A DNA stretch of 64,000 nt, from the IMG/VR virus record IMGVR_UViG_3300038393_000245, positions 12,289 to 76,288 of that record; one strand, given 5' to 3'. The notes below the pieces were generated by a model that had not been told where the DNA came from, did no database searches, and saw nothing but the letters and a program-made list of their open reading frames with translations. Within the stretch, counting starts at the first letter, position 1, and each line of letters starts with the position of its first letter. Origin of the DNA: a virus. Taxonomy: Duplodnaviria; Heunggongvirae; Uroviricota; Caudoviricetes. This document shows, in pieces, positions 32,927 to 41,960 of the stretch. A program made the translations under genes and the position numbers.

Positions 32927-33075
32927 TCGTATTCTTCCTCAAGACACTCCATGATACTTTTAATCTTCATGGCCGTTTCAATTTGATTATCTTGGTAATC
33001 CCAGTTGATCTGTCCGTCTCTGATTATGGCTTCAACTCTATCTTTTAGTTTTTCCCAAGCTTCAGCGTATTTCAT
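32923..33075 (-). CDS. hypothetical protein (50 aa)
   Basis: Manual translation MKYAEAWEKLKDRVE...; ATGA-coupled on both sides. Confidence 0.55.
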   Translation of the reverse strand: MKYAEAWEKLKDRVEAIIRDGQINWDYQDNQIETAMKIKSIMECLEEEYE

Positions 33076-34133
33076 TCTACAGATAATGCTTCATCATATA
33101 ATTCGGATAACGTGTCATATAGTTGGTCCTTCATCGGAATGTTCATTTGATCAATCGCTTTTCGAAATATAGTAAGAGTATCTTCTGCCTCATCAACAAT
33201 ATCCTCATCCTCTTCAAGATTAAGATTTAAGTGATCCTCGACTACTTGGAGATCAATAACTCCAGAGGTTTCTAATTTGTCGATGAACATATCAAACCAG
33301 TATGGATTGTTCTTAGACTTAACGACAACCTTAACAATTGTATCCTTATATGACTCTGTGTCGAATGACATGATTTCTTCAAGGGTCATTCCAGAATCAT
33401 CATAGAATATTTTTTTGAATATGCTGATAGGATTTTGAACAAATTCTAGTTCACGAGTTTCCGTATCAAATATATGAAAGCCATGGGGATCGTTAAAGTC
33501 AGACCAAGTATACTCACAAGGAGCGCCAAGATAATGAATATTACCAGAGCTAGACCTAGTATGATAATGACCGGAGCATACCAGATCAAACTTACTAAAG
33601 AGTTTGGGGTTTTCTCCTTCATGAGCGACATGACCTCGATACATTGCGAAACCACTAATCTCCAAATGTCCAAAAGCAACAGTCGCATCAGTCGATGAAA
33701 TAAGCTCCATTGTTTCTTTGGAGTTTTCTGAACATATCCACGGTAGGAATAGTATCTTGCAACCGTCGAATTCAGCTTCAGTCGCGGTGGTATGCCATCT
33801 GAAATTTTCATTTGTGTTTAACCAACACAATTCTTCCAGAGCATTAACTGAGTTAGTGTTCTTATAGTAGACGTCATGATTTCCAATAATTACATCCGTA
33901 TCGAATTCTTTGATAGCGGGCTCGATGAATTGCTTTCTTAAAGCTCGAGCAGTAAGATAGTTGATATACTTTCGGCGATCAACAATGTCACCCAAATGGA
34001 TGATCTTTTTTATATTATTTTCTCGAAGATACGGGAAGAATATTTCTGAATAAAAGCGTTCAAAATAACGATGAAATGCGCTATTGTCGCTTCTAACTCC
34101 CCAATGAGTATCGGTAACCAATGCAATTTTCAT
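33072..34133 (-). CDS. gp47: recombination endonuclease subunit gp47 (SbcD/Mre11-like)
   Basis: TDTHWG, HLGD..DRRK, GNHD, GHLE and SGHYH. Confidence 0.97.
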   Translation of the reverse strand: MKIALVTDTHWGVRSDNSAFHRYFERFYSEIFFPYLRENNIKKIIHLGDIVDRRKYINYLTARALRKQFIEPAIKEFDTDVIIGNHDVYYKNTNSVNALEELCWLNTNENFRWHTTATEAEFDGCKILFLPWICSENSKETMELISSTDATVAFGHLEISGFAMYRGHVAHEGENPKLFSKFDLVCSGHYHTRSSSGNIHYLGAPCEYTWSDFNDPHGFHIFDTETRELEFVQNPISIFKKIFYDDSGMTLEEIMSFDTESYKDTIVKVVVKSKNNPYWFDMFIDKLETSGVIDLQVVEDHLNLNLEEDEDIVDEAEDTLTIFRKAIDQMNIPMKDQLYDTLSELYDEALSVE

Positions 34134-34141
34134 TAGTTTCC

Positions 34142-34170
34142 TTTATAATATATGAGCATTAAAATGTCAA
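34142..34170 (-). promoter_or_regulatory. sigma70-like promoter for gp47
   Basis: TTGACA-17-TATAAA. Confidence 0.6.
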
Positions 34171-34185
34171 GGTTTTTATGAAATA

Positions 34186-34737
34186 TCACTCATCAAGAAA
34201 CTTTTCAACTCCCTTAACCTTCGACGTCTTTTTCTCATTTTGTTTTTTCTCGAATTTCTCAATTATTCGATTAGAAACTTCGTTATTCATTTGATTGATT
34301 CCAATAATGTTCGCGTCATCTCCGACAGCCAATTGATCGAATAGTCCCGATTCATGGAATGCTTTATGCTTAATATAACTCTGTTTCTGCTCCTTTTGAA
34401 TCCTTCTTACGAAAGCCCTCCATGCGATTAGAGAGAAATATCCGAATGGATTTTGTTTCTGTTCATTTGGATCAAAATTATCTACGGCAGAAAGACAGTT
34501 TTCTATCGCGTCTCCAACCATCTCCTCTCTGAACGAATAGTTCACGAAATTAGGACGCCATGATAGTCTCTCACAGATTTGAAAGAAACAATTTCCAAGA
34601 TAGTTATTAATTCTCGGTTTTTCTGTTCCATTCTTTTCAGCCTCAATGGCCGCGAGACGATACTTTGTCATCTCGACATGGAACTGTTTCTTATCTATGT
34701 AGTTGTGAGTTACTCTGGTTTTTTTCGGTGGTTGCAT
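34186..34737 (-). CDS. gp55: late-transcription sigma factor gp55
   Basis: HNYID.K.F, I..LS.RPNF.NYSFREEM.GDAIENC and NPFGYF..I...AF.RRI.KE.KQ. Confidence 0.95.
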   Translation of the reverse strand: MQPPKKTRVTHNYIDKKQFHVEMTKYRLAAIEAEKNGTEKPRINNYLGNCFFQICERLSWRPNFVNYSFREEMVGDAIENCLSAVDNFDPNEQKQNPFGYFSLIAWRAFVRRIQKEQKQSYIKHKAFHESGLFDQLAVGDDANIIGINQMNNEVSNRIIEKFEKKQNEKKTSKVKGVEKFLDE

Positions 34738-34751
34738 TACTAAAACTCTTG

Positions 34752-34780
34752 TTGACAATTTTTGGCACGTGGATTATAAT
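34752..34780 (+). promoter_or_regulatory. consensus sigma70 promoter, antisense orientation
   Basis: TTGACA-17-TATAAT on the plus strand. Confidence 0.55.
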
Positions 34781-34792
34781 TGCTTTGGCATT

Positions 34793-35209
34793 TCAGTGAA
34801 TAGTATCTATATCTGTTCTGTATCCTATGATCTCCCCTGTAGCATCAGCTATCATTCTTGCATGGTAGTCTGTTATCATGCTCTTCATTTTTCTAGTCAT
34901 ATGGGATATTCTCTCATCGTATGACTCGTCTGTAATCTTAGATACTTCTACAGCCGCATCATAGAAGTCTGAAAAGGTTCCGCTCATCGTGGCCATTGAA
35001 GTTATTGATGAAGAGGAGATTGGTATAGATGATTCTTGTGTTCCGTTAAGATATTTGACTAGTGCACTTCCAGTGATTCCATCTGGTCCCTCGTACTCTT
35101 CCCATACCATGGGATTTTCGATTATGACCATCTTGCTACTAGAGCACTTTTCTTTAATAACACCATAAACATTCTCACCTGATAGTAATTTGAGTATGAA
35201 ATGATTCAT
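34793..35209 (-). CDS. hypothetical protein
   Basis: 138-aa ORF between uvsW and gp55; KL.SGE..G N terminus. Confidence 0.75.
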   Translation of the reverse strand: MNHFILKLLSGENVYGVIKEKCSSSKMVIIENPMVWEEYEGPDGITGSALVKYLNGTQESSIPISSSSITSMATMSGTFSDFYDAAVEVSKITDESYDERISHMTRKMKSMITDYHARMIADATGEIIGYRTDIDTIH

Positions 35210-36654
35210 GTGTTTAGCCTTATGTTTCTGATTCTGTACTTGAATTCTTGTTCGGCGTAGATTTTTATTCTACTCACGAAGTGCTTCATTCCATGATTCT
35301 CGCTAGACTTCCATGATATATCATCGGCAATATCATATAAAGTAAGGAACTCTTTACTATCATGAAGTCGGAGTCCTCTTCCTATAGACTGCAAGAGTTT
35401 TATTCTTCCCTTTCCCGGGTGAGCTAGAATAATATTGTGTAAATTTTTAACATTTACTCCAGTAGAAAAGGTTCCAACAGAACATACTACTATGGCATCA
35501 TCATGACCCTCAAGAAGTAATCGAATATTTTCTCGTTCTTCTGTAGAGACACTCCCACTCACAAAATAAACTGGTCGATCAGTCTCTGATCTAATTATGT
35601 CGTAGAGAACCTTGCCATGTTCTTCTACATATCTGTACATTACAAAGGTATTGCCTTTAATGTTTAGAGCAAGATTCTTGATGAATTTATTTCTAGATTC
35701 ATTCTTAATAAGATACGCGATTTCTGAAGCATAATCGACTGAATTTTTAGCGAATAACTTACGAACATTATCTGGATACTTAAGAACCAACCCTTCGATT
35801 GATAACTTGGCAACACTTCCCGATCCCATCAATTCTTTAGTAGTTGTTACTTCATATACTGGACCGAATAATCCCTCTAGAACTAGTTTATTCGTTTCGG
35901 TTCCATCAAGGGTTCCAGTAAGACCAATCTTATATGGACAATCAGTTAGTTTTGTCATGAGAGTAGTTAGAGACTTAGCCTTGAATGTATGAGCCTCATC
36001 GCCAATAACTAGATCAAACGAATCAAACCACTTCTTAGGCAACTGATACACAGATTGCCATGTCGTCACTACTATTTGTTTATTGGTATTCTTATCGTGA
36101 CCAGAATAAATTTTGTGAACGTACGATTCAGAGTCGAATCCATAGTCCTCAAAATCTCCAAACATTTGATTAACCAGAGTAGTAGTAGGAACTACTACTA
36201 GTGTTTTGACATTAAAATATCTTATTAAGAGATATATGATAAAAGATTTGCCACTAGCAGTTGGTGAAAGCAGAAGAGTTCTTCTTTTCTTAACCGCGTG
36301 AGTGAATGCTTTAGTCTGATAATCTCTTGGAGGGAGAGTTGGATTAAGCTTTGATATCCATTCTATAGCATGGTCTATGTTGAATTCAGTATCTTTGAAG
36401 GATTCAGGAATCTCAATAGAGTAGTTTCTACTATCACAAAACTTCTGTAATTTACTTAAGAGACCAACATATAAGAGACACGTAAACTGATTGAATAATC
36501 GTATCTTTCCATCCCATTGCCGATTCTTGAATTTCGGCATGAACTTATAGCCTGGAACATAGAATGTAAAATAATCCGATATTTCCTGAGCCATTCCAGC
36601 ATCACATCGTACCTTCAAGTGTACGTCATCGACTCGTTCTATTCTAATATCCAT
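35206..36654 (-). CDS. uvsW: UvsW DNA helicase
   Basis: PRDYQ, SPTASGKS, GDEAH, GLTGT and LQSIGRGLR. Confidence 0.97.
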   Translation of the reverse strand: MDIRIERVDDVHLKVRCDAGMAQEISDYFTFYVPGYKFMPKFKNRQWDGKIRLFNQFTCLLYVGLLSKLQKFCDSRNYSIEIPESFKDTEFNIDHAIEWISKLNPTLPPRDYQTKAFTHAVKKRRTLLLSPTASGKSFIIYLLIRYFNVKTLVVVPTTTLVNQMFGDFEDYGFDSESYVHKIYSGHDKNTNKQIVVTTWQSVYQLPKKWFDSFDLVIGDEAHTFKAKSLTTLMTKLTDCPYKIGLTGTLDGTETNKLVLEGLFGPVYEVTTTKELMGSGSVAKLSIEGLVLKYPDNVRKLFAKNSVDYASEIAYLIKNESRNKFIKNLALNIKGNTFVMYRYVEEHGKVLYDIIRSETDRPVYFVSGSVSTEERENIRLLLEGHDDAIVVCSVGTFSTGVNVKNLHNIILAHPGKGRIKLLQSIGRGLRLHDSKEFLTLYDIADDISWKSSENHGMKHFVSRIKIYAEQEFKYRIRNIRLNT

Positions 36655-37088
36655 TATGAACCACTCTCAAACTTAACCCATTCAATAGCGGATCGTATCT
36701 GGAACCCGAGTCTAGAGATAATATCTACGATTGATTTTAATACTTCTATTTTCTCTTGCTGTATTCCAATTTTTAGAGATAGAGATATAAGATCCTTATC
36801 AGCATCTAGATAAGGGCCAACGTCGCTCTTAATGACTCGACCCTTGGGAGGCATTTCCCATCCCTTAGCAATTTGCTCTTCGCAAGGGCCATCGATATAG
36901 AATACTTGCTTTTCTAATTTCAAAACTTTATATTCTGTTTCATATTTTTTAAGCAAGAGTCTCTCGTGTGAGAGTATCCTAATGTACTTAGAATGCATTT
37001 GAGGTATTCCTAAAGCAATTAGGTCAAGCTTGGTTCTATCGAGTTGGGAATCTTTTTCCCACTCTGTAAAGATGTCTTCTAATTTCAT
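36654..37088 (-). CDS. uvsY: recombination mediator UvsY
   Basis: W.KDS.LD, IP.MHSKY and I..AIEW.KFESG. Confidence 0.92.
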   Translation of the reverse strand: MKLEDIFTEWEKDSQLDRTKLDLIALGIPQMHSKYIRILSHERLLLKKYETEYKVLKLEKQVFYIDGPCEEQIAKGWEMPPKGRVIKSDVGPYLDADKDLISLSLKIGIQQEKIEVLKSIVDIISRLGFQIRSAIEWVKFESGS

Positions 37089-37120
37089 TATTTCTTTGAA
37101 CGATCGTTAAATATCGACTA

Positions 37121-37149
37121 CATATAACATATTTTGAATGAAATGTCAA
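37121..37149 (-). promoter_or_regulatory. sigma70-like promoter for uvsY
   Basis: TTGACA-17-TATATG. Confidence 0.6.
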
Positions 37150-37679
37150 CTGATTTTAACAGGATTCACATCAAAAGTTTGGTAGACGAATTGAACTCGG
37201 GAAGTTACTACAGGCTGATCAGGATTTGTAGTTGATAACATAGGAGCAGAGACCATCACGGGGATGGCATCCCTAAATGTGTACTCAATATTAGCATTCT
37301 TTGATCCAGTGTTAGTAAAGACTGAAATATCAGAGAGAAGAGCCTCATTTCTATTTCCATATCGAATATCAGATATTGCTTCCTGGTATTCATCGAATGA
37401 TGTTGGGAAACCAAGACCTCGAATCCAATGGTACATTTCTCTGTATCCCTGAAGATCCTCATCTACTAAGAAATCAACATTCAATGGTTCCCAAGAAATA
37501 TGATCTCCTGGATATGGGATGTTTGTAAATGGAGTAGGAATATCTACTTCATTCATGCTGATAGTTGGAAGAGCTACTGTTTGGACGAAGAATGTTAGAT
37601 ATGGAGCTCGATGCAAGAAGAATCGAAACTCATTAGGATTCAGAAGAGAGGTGTTAGTTGGTGCACAAAACTGTGTCAT
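37146..37679 (-). CDS. gp3: tail completion / tube terminator gp3
   Basis: NPNEFRF...P.L.FF.Q...LP.I, L.VDFLVDEDL..Y.E.Y.WI. Confidence 0.88.
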   Translation of the reverse strand: MTQFCAPTNTSLLNPNEFRFFLHRAPYLTFFVQTVALPTISMNEVDIPTPFTNIPYPGDHISWEPLNVDFLVDEDLQGYREMYHWIRGLGFPTSFDEYQEAISDIRYGNRNEALLSDISVFTNTGSKNANIEYTFRDAIPVMVSAPMLSTTNPDQPVVTSRVQFVYQTFDVNPVKIS

Positions 37680-37712
37680 TATATTCTACTCCAAGCGTAA
37701 TCTTCTTGATTA

Positions 37713-37719
37713 TATTTAT
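37713..37719 (-). promoter_or_regulatory. late promoter motif for gp3
   Basis: ATAAATA upstream of GGAG RBS. Confidence 0.6.
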
Positions 37720-37725
37720 TCATAC

Positions 37726-37752
37726 AAAAAGGGCGAGACCGAAGCCCCGCCC
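37726..37752 (-). terminator. rho-independent terminator after gp23
   Basis: GGGCGGGGC-TTCG-GTCTCGCCC followed by TTTTT. Confidence 0.85.
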
Positions 37753-37777
37753 GAGTTGCGCTTGGTTATTCCAAGTC

Positions 37778-39133
37778 TTACATAAGATTCTGAACGATTG
37801 TTCTACGATAGTAGACGTTAGCGTTACGAGTTAGAGCACCCGAACCTTCCGTTAGTCCCTCTGCGTATGGATTTGCAACCATTCCGTAACGAGTCTTGAA
37901 TCCAATCTTTGGCTGGAAGCTGTTTGGATCGACCGCACGAACCATCTGAAGAGGAACGTATGGGCAATAGAACAGACCAGCATCGGTGAAGTTCCTACCC
38001 TTATAACCGATGGTCAGATAGTTACCACCAATAGCATATGGATCGATATAGACATTTAGTCGACCATTTAGAACACCAGCGAAGGTGTTGCCAGTGTCAT
38101 CGATCTGCATGTTATCATTTCGGTTAAGAGCAGGAGTGTAGTCAAGAACACCGGCCATCTGAAGAGCTGAAGCAACGTCAGCAGAACAGATAACGATGTT
38201 ACCCTTACCACGACGAGTCTCTTTGGCAATGATGTTAGCTTCTCTCTCGAGCTGGAACATAAGACCCTTGAACTTCTCAACCGACCAACGGCCGTTTGAG
38301 TCGGTATCAAGATCGAATACTCCAGGTGTAGCAGTATCAGTTAGAGAACCCTGCTTAGCAACAGTGTTGATAGTACGAACTACCTCACGGTTAATTTCAG
38401 CTAGAATCTCGGTTGAGAGAATATTGCTGAGCTCGGTTTCTGCGTCCAGACCATGAACCGCCTTAAGGTCCTGAGCGAGCTCCATGGTGTACTCTGCCTT
38501 TAGAGCACGACCCTTAGCAGTTACCGTAACCTTCTCGATACTGAATGCCATCTCAGCGAAAGCAGAGTTCGAATCAGTTCCAAGAGCCTCCATCTGAGAA
38601 GTGCTCATTCCTGAACCAAAGTTATAGTTGTTAGAGTTGGTCTCTAGACCGGTTGGAAGCTGACCAACGTTCTTCTGACCAGTGGTATTAGCACCAGTAA
38701 CAACAGTTGAGAACGCGGTGTTAACTTCGTTATAGAAGTTCTCATTTCCAGTCTGACTGGTGTAACGAGATCTCATAGCGAAGATAAGACCGGTTGGTCC
38801 ACTCATTGGCTGCACGCCGCAGATATCATATGCCAATAGGTTTGGCATAGAACGACGTACTAGAGAGATAAGAATTGGGTCGAAAGCATCGATGTTACCA
38901 CCGGTACCAGCATTTGCTGATGAGGTACCCCATGCGTTAGCATGGACTGGTGAAGCCTCACTTAGAAGACCCTGTGAATATCCATTCTCAGCAGCAGTTC
39001 GGAGTTCACGCTCGGTGTTCTCTAGAAGCTGTGCAGTGACGGCACGACGGAAAGAATCCTTGATTGGAGCCAGGTCTTCGTGCTCAAGAATTGGCTGCCA
39101 CTTCTTGCGAGTTTCCTCAGCTAGGTTAAACAT
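37778..39133 (-). CDS. gp23: major capsid protein gp23
   Basis: GVQPM.GPTGLIFAMR, LKAEYT.ELAQDLKAVHG.DAE.EL and FYCPYVP...FKTRYG. Confidence 0.99.
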   Translation of the reverse strand: MFNLAEETRKKWQPILEHEDLAPIKDSFRRAVTAQLLENTERELRTAAENGYSQGLLSEASPVHANAWGTSSANAGTGGNIDAFDPILISLVRRSMPNLLAYDICGVQPMSGPTGLIFAMRSRYTSQTGNENFYNEVNTAFSTVVTGANTTGQKNVGQLPTGLETNSNNYNFGSGMSTSQMEALGTDSNSAFAEMAFSIEKVTVTAKGRALKAEYTMELAQDLKAVHGLDAETELSNILSTEILAEINREVVRTINTVAKQGSLTDTATPGVFDLDTDSNGRWSVEKFKGLMFQLEREANIIAKETRRGKGNIVICSADVASALQMAGVLDYTPALNRNDNMQIDDTGNTFAGVLNGRLNVYIDPYAIGGNYLTIGYKGRNFTDAGLFYCPYVPLQMVRAVDPNSFQPKIGFKTRYGMVANPYAEGLTEGSGALTRNANVYYRRTIVQNLM

Positions 39134-39190
39134 TTATTGCTCCCTTATCTTTGGGTGTTTTTGATATTTATAACTCAGCAATTCTTAAGC

Positions 39191-40204
39191 TTAGAACCTA
39201 CGAACGCTGCGTGAGATTGCATCAGCATAAGAGCGAATCTCAGGTGCTAGGGAAGCCGTTTTATTCTCTGGCTTTCCGGCTGCTGCCTCAGGATCACTCT
39301 CTTCAGTTAGGATTCCCGTTGAAGGAGTCTTCTGAGAAGATTTCTCCGTTAGGTTCTCCTTGACCATTTCGACCTTTGTCTTAAAGGTCTCCAGATCACC
39401 ATCAAACTCAACACTCTCACTTAGTGAACGAAGCTTCTCTGCAGTTGTTAGTGCGAGACCTTCGCATACTGAATCAATGATGTCGTTCTTTTCACTCTCA
39501 AGAAGTTGACTCTTAAGAGATGCATTTTCATTAATCGAAGCATCTAGCCTTTCCTCGAGTTCAACTACTCTATCTGCTAGTTCTTCTACCACATTAACCT
39601 TTTCCTCTGGAACATTCATATAATGTTCAGCGAAAAGATTCTTCATTCCTATAATGAAGTCTTCAGTGACCTCATTTCGGAGAGAAGATTCGATAGCAAC
39701 TTCGTTATCAGTTAGCCATTGCTCGACTACAACGTCGAGATACGCATCTAGCTTAGTTGCCATATCTTCAGAAATTTGACCATATGCTTCTTCGAGACGA
39801 TCATTCATTTCTTCAATGAGTGATTCTCTCTCTACGATTAATCTAGCTTCTAAAGCGGATTCGAATAGGCTAGCAGCCTGATCTCGAACTTCTTCAGAAA
39901 GCTCTTCACCTTCTCCTAGAATGTTTGCTAGATCTGACTTAACTGATTCTCTCATCGCAGCAGAAGGCTTCATATTAATCGAAGCTTGGTTCTGTGCAGA
40001 CGCGTCTGGAGCTCCACCACCATTAAGCGAACTAGAATTGTCACTTACTTGAGCTAGAGTATCATTTAGAAAGTGTGATAGGTCTTCAATGTCTAGACCA
40101 GCGAGCTTAGCGAGCGCTGCACCTAGCATCTGAGACTTATTCTGTTGTGGGATCTTGATAGTTTCCGCCGCAACAGAATCTTCGTTTACTGGCTTCTTCG
40201 ACAT
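39191..40204 (-). CDS. gp22: prohead core scaffold gp22
   Basis: Acidic coiled coil, FESAL, YLD.VVEQW...NEVAI and NLFAEHY.NVPEEK; upstream of gp23. Confidence 0.9.
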   Translation of the reverse strand: MSKKPVNEDSVAAETIKIPQQNKSQMLGAALAKLAGLDIEDLSHFLNDTLAQVSDNSSSLNGGGAPDASAQNQASINMKPSAAMRESVKSDLANILGEGEELSEEVRDQAASLFESALEARLIVERESLIEEMNDRLEEAYGQISEDMATKLDAYLDVVVEQWLTDNEVAIESSLRNEVTEDFIIGMKNLFAEHYMNVPEEKVNVVEELADRVVELEERLDASINENASLKSQLLESEKNDIIDSVCEGLALTTAEKLRSLSESVEFDGDLETFKTKVEMVKENLTEKSSQKTPSTGILTEESDPEAAAGKPENKTASLAPEIRSYADAISRSVRRF

Positions 40205-40235
40205 CGAAGTGGTCTCCTTGGAGTTTCTTTTCTAG

Positions 40236-40243
40236 TATTTATA
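40236..40243 (-). promoter_or_regulatory. late promoter for gp22
   Basis: TATAAATA. Confidence 0.7.
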
Positions 40244-40254
40244 CGTTGTGGTTC

Positions 40255-40512
40255 TTAACCAAGCAGATGAGGGACTTTCTTCTTCAAAAGTCCCTTTTCT
40301 TTTTCAATTCGTGGACCATTTCGCATATGAACTACTGAACGGCCAAACCTATTGTTGGTCATCTGTTGTAGAGATGCTGGCATGGTCAGATTACGAATAG
40401 CATTAAAATGTTCTTGTTTATTGCAGTACCAAGCATTATTATCTTTTTCATGACGAGGCATTTTACTATCCGTATCACTCTCAAGAATATCGCGAAGTAG
40501 CTTAGGCATCAC
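40255..40512 (-). CDS. small basic protein, candidate internal head protein
   Basis: MMPKLLRDILES N terminus with an L-E potential gp21 cleavage site; Lys/Arg-rich. Confidence 0.5.
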   Translation of the reverse strand: MMPKLLRDILESDTDSKMPRHEKDNNAWYCNKQEHFNAIRNLTMPASLQQMTNNRFGRSVVHMRNGPRIEKEKGLLKKKVPHLLG

Positions 40513-41182
40513 TCTTCCTATTAGAAAGAGTTTTCATGAAGCGCTCAAAGAGAGGAATCAAATTCTCATTGATAGTCTTTGCTGGCATCTTTTTCATATC
40601 TTCTGCCAGCTTTTCAACTCCCTGTTCAGCCCAAGTTCCAGAGATCGCATCAAATATCCATGATCGACCTTCCATGATTCCATTAACAAATGCATCGGGA
40701 GCCGATGGATCGGCTACAACATCAGCAAGAGTTGCTAGTCTAAAGTCTGGTTGAACTCTCTGAATACCTTCGACCATTTTAAGAGATCCCATTCCTCTAG
40801 AAGAGACTCCTAACTGGCAACCTTCTTTAATATATCCTTCGACGATCTTTCCCATTGGGAGTTCAGTCAGAACTCTAGCTTTTCCAATGAAGTTATCGCC
40901 CTCTCTTTTAACGTTTTCATGAAGTATACATACTCGGTCTAGGTTAATAGTAGGACCCTGTGGATGTCCGAGCTCGCCAAAAGCTCTCTTACTCTTAACA
41001 TTCTCTCCCATATATCTCTTGATCTCATTTTCCAAAAGATCCGAATCATAAATTCGACCATTTCGGTTCTTGATATTTCCCTGAAGGAATGTTCCCTCGA
41101 GATATAGTTTTCGAGGTTTACCCTCAGAACCCTCTTCAATAATGAAGCGAGAATCTTCTACGTTTTCGCATATTAGAAACAT
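40502..41182 (-). CDS. gp21: prohead protease gp21
   Basis: NRNGRIY, AFGELGHP, GVSSRG.GS and D.VADPSAPDAFV. Confidence 0.97.
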   Translation of the reverse strand: MFLICENVEDSRFIIEEGSEGKPRKLYLEGTFLQGNIKNRNGRIYDSDLLENEIKRYMGENVKSKRAFGELGHPQGPTINLDRVCILHENVKREGDNFIGKARVLTELPMGKIVEGYIKEGCQLGVSSRGMGSLKMVEGIQRVQPDFRLATLADVVADPSAPDAFVNGIMEGRSWIFDAISGTWAEQGVEKLAEDMKKMPAKTINENLIPLFERFMKTLSNRKSDA

Positions 41183-41206
41183 TGTTGGTAATTCCTCTTT
41201 TTCATT

Positions 41207-41213
41207 TATTTAG
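41207..41213 (-). promoter_or_regulatory. late promoter motif for gp21
   Basis: CTAAATA. Confidence 0.55.
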
Positions 41214-41226
41214 TTAGAACTAAAAC

Positions 41227-41448
41227 TTAATTGAGTCCAACAATGTTAGTAGCCGTCGTAGCAGTCTTAATTTCAATCACGTTAATCCATAAGACTGCCC
41301 CAGTTGGAACACTCTTGAAGGTTACAGGAGCCGAATCTCCAACCATCGTAACGATTAGATCCCCTGTCCCTCCAATGTACAAACCTCTAAATCTTACAGC
41401 GGCTCCATCGGCTGGAGTTACTGGAGTTCCATGTCTTGCTGAATACAT
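41227..41448 (-). CDS. head spike base-like protein (RcGTA Rcc01079-like)
   Basis: VTPAD....RGLYIGGTGDL.VTM...VTF..VP.G. Confidence 0.65.
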   Translation of the reverse strand: MYSARHGTPVTPADGAAVRFRGLYIGGTGDLIVTMVGDSAPVTFKSVPTGAVLWINVIEIKTATTATNIVGLN

Positions 41449-41458
41449 CTATCGCTTC

Positions 41459-41668
41459 CTATAGTGCTGAGACTTTGGCTGCATTCTCAGCCTCTTGTCT
41501 ATCGGTGTATTTTCCTCCCTTTCGAGAGTAGTTCTGAGTTCCTGAATTCCACACAAATCTACCATAAAAACGGCGATCAATCTTTCTGATATACCATTTC
41601 TTTCGATTCGTGTTCTCTCCTCCAGTATCGAAGGTTTCCGATAGTATTTCAGACAACTTCCGAGCCAT
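41459..41668 (-). CDS. small basic protein, candidate internal head protein
   Basis: MARKLSEILSE N terminus; occupies the gp68 position. Confidence 0.55.
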   Translation of the reverse strand: MARKLSEILSETFDTGGENTNRKKWYIRKIDRRFYGRFVWNSGTQNYSRKGGKYTDRQEAENAAKVSAL

Positions 41669-41958
41669 TATTCCCCCGATGGAGTTTCCTCTACTTTTGG
41701 TTCGTGTTCACTGGTTTCAGTGGTTCCATCTTCTTCTTCAGAATTCCCATCATCAGAAGCGACTTTGGGCTCTTCACCATTAAAAACACTCTTGGCAACT
41801 TCTTCACGCTTCTTCTCCACTGCATCTTGTATTCGATCTGCTAACATTCCATTAACGGTAGTCTCAAACTCTAGAGGGTGCTGATAAAGAGCATGATTAA
41901 GAGCCACCATTGCAGTATATTTAGGATCGGTTCCATCTTCAACTATTGGATTTGTCAT
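41668..41958 (-). CDS. gp67: prohead core protein gp67-like
   Basis: F......RI.DA.EKKR.EVAKS.F then an acidic tail; follows the portal. Confidence 0.7.
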   Translation of the reverse strand: MTNPIVEDGTDPKYTAMVALNHALYQHPLEFETTVNGMLADRIQDAVEKKREEVAKSVFNGEEPKVASDDGNSEEEDGTTETSEHEPKVEETPSGE

Positions 41959-41960
41959 TA

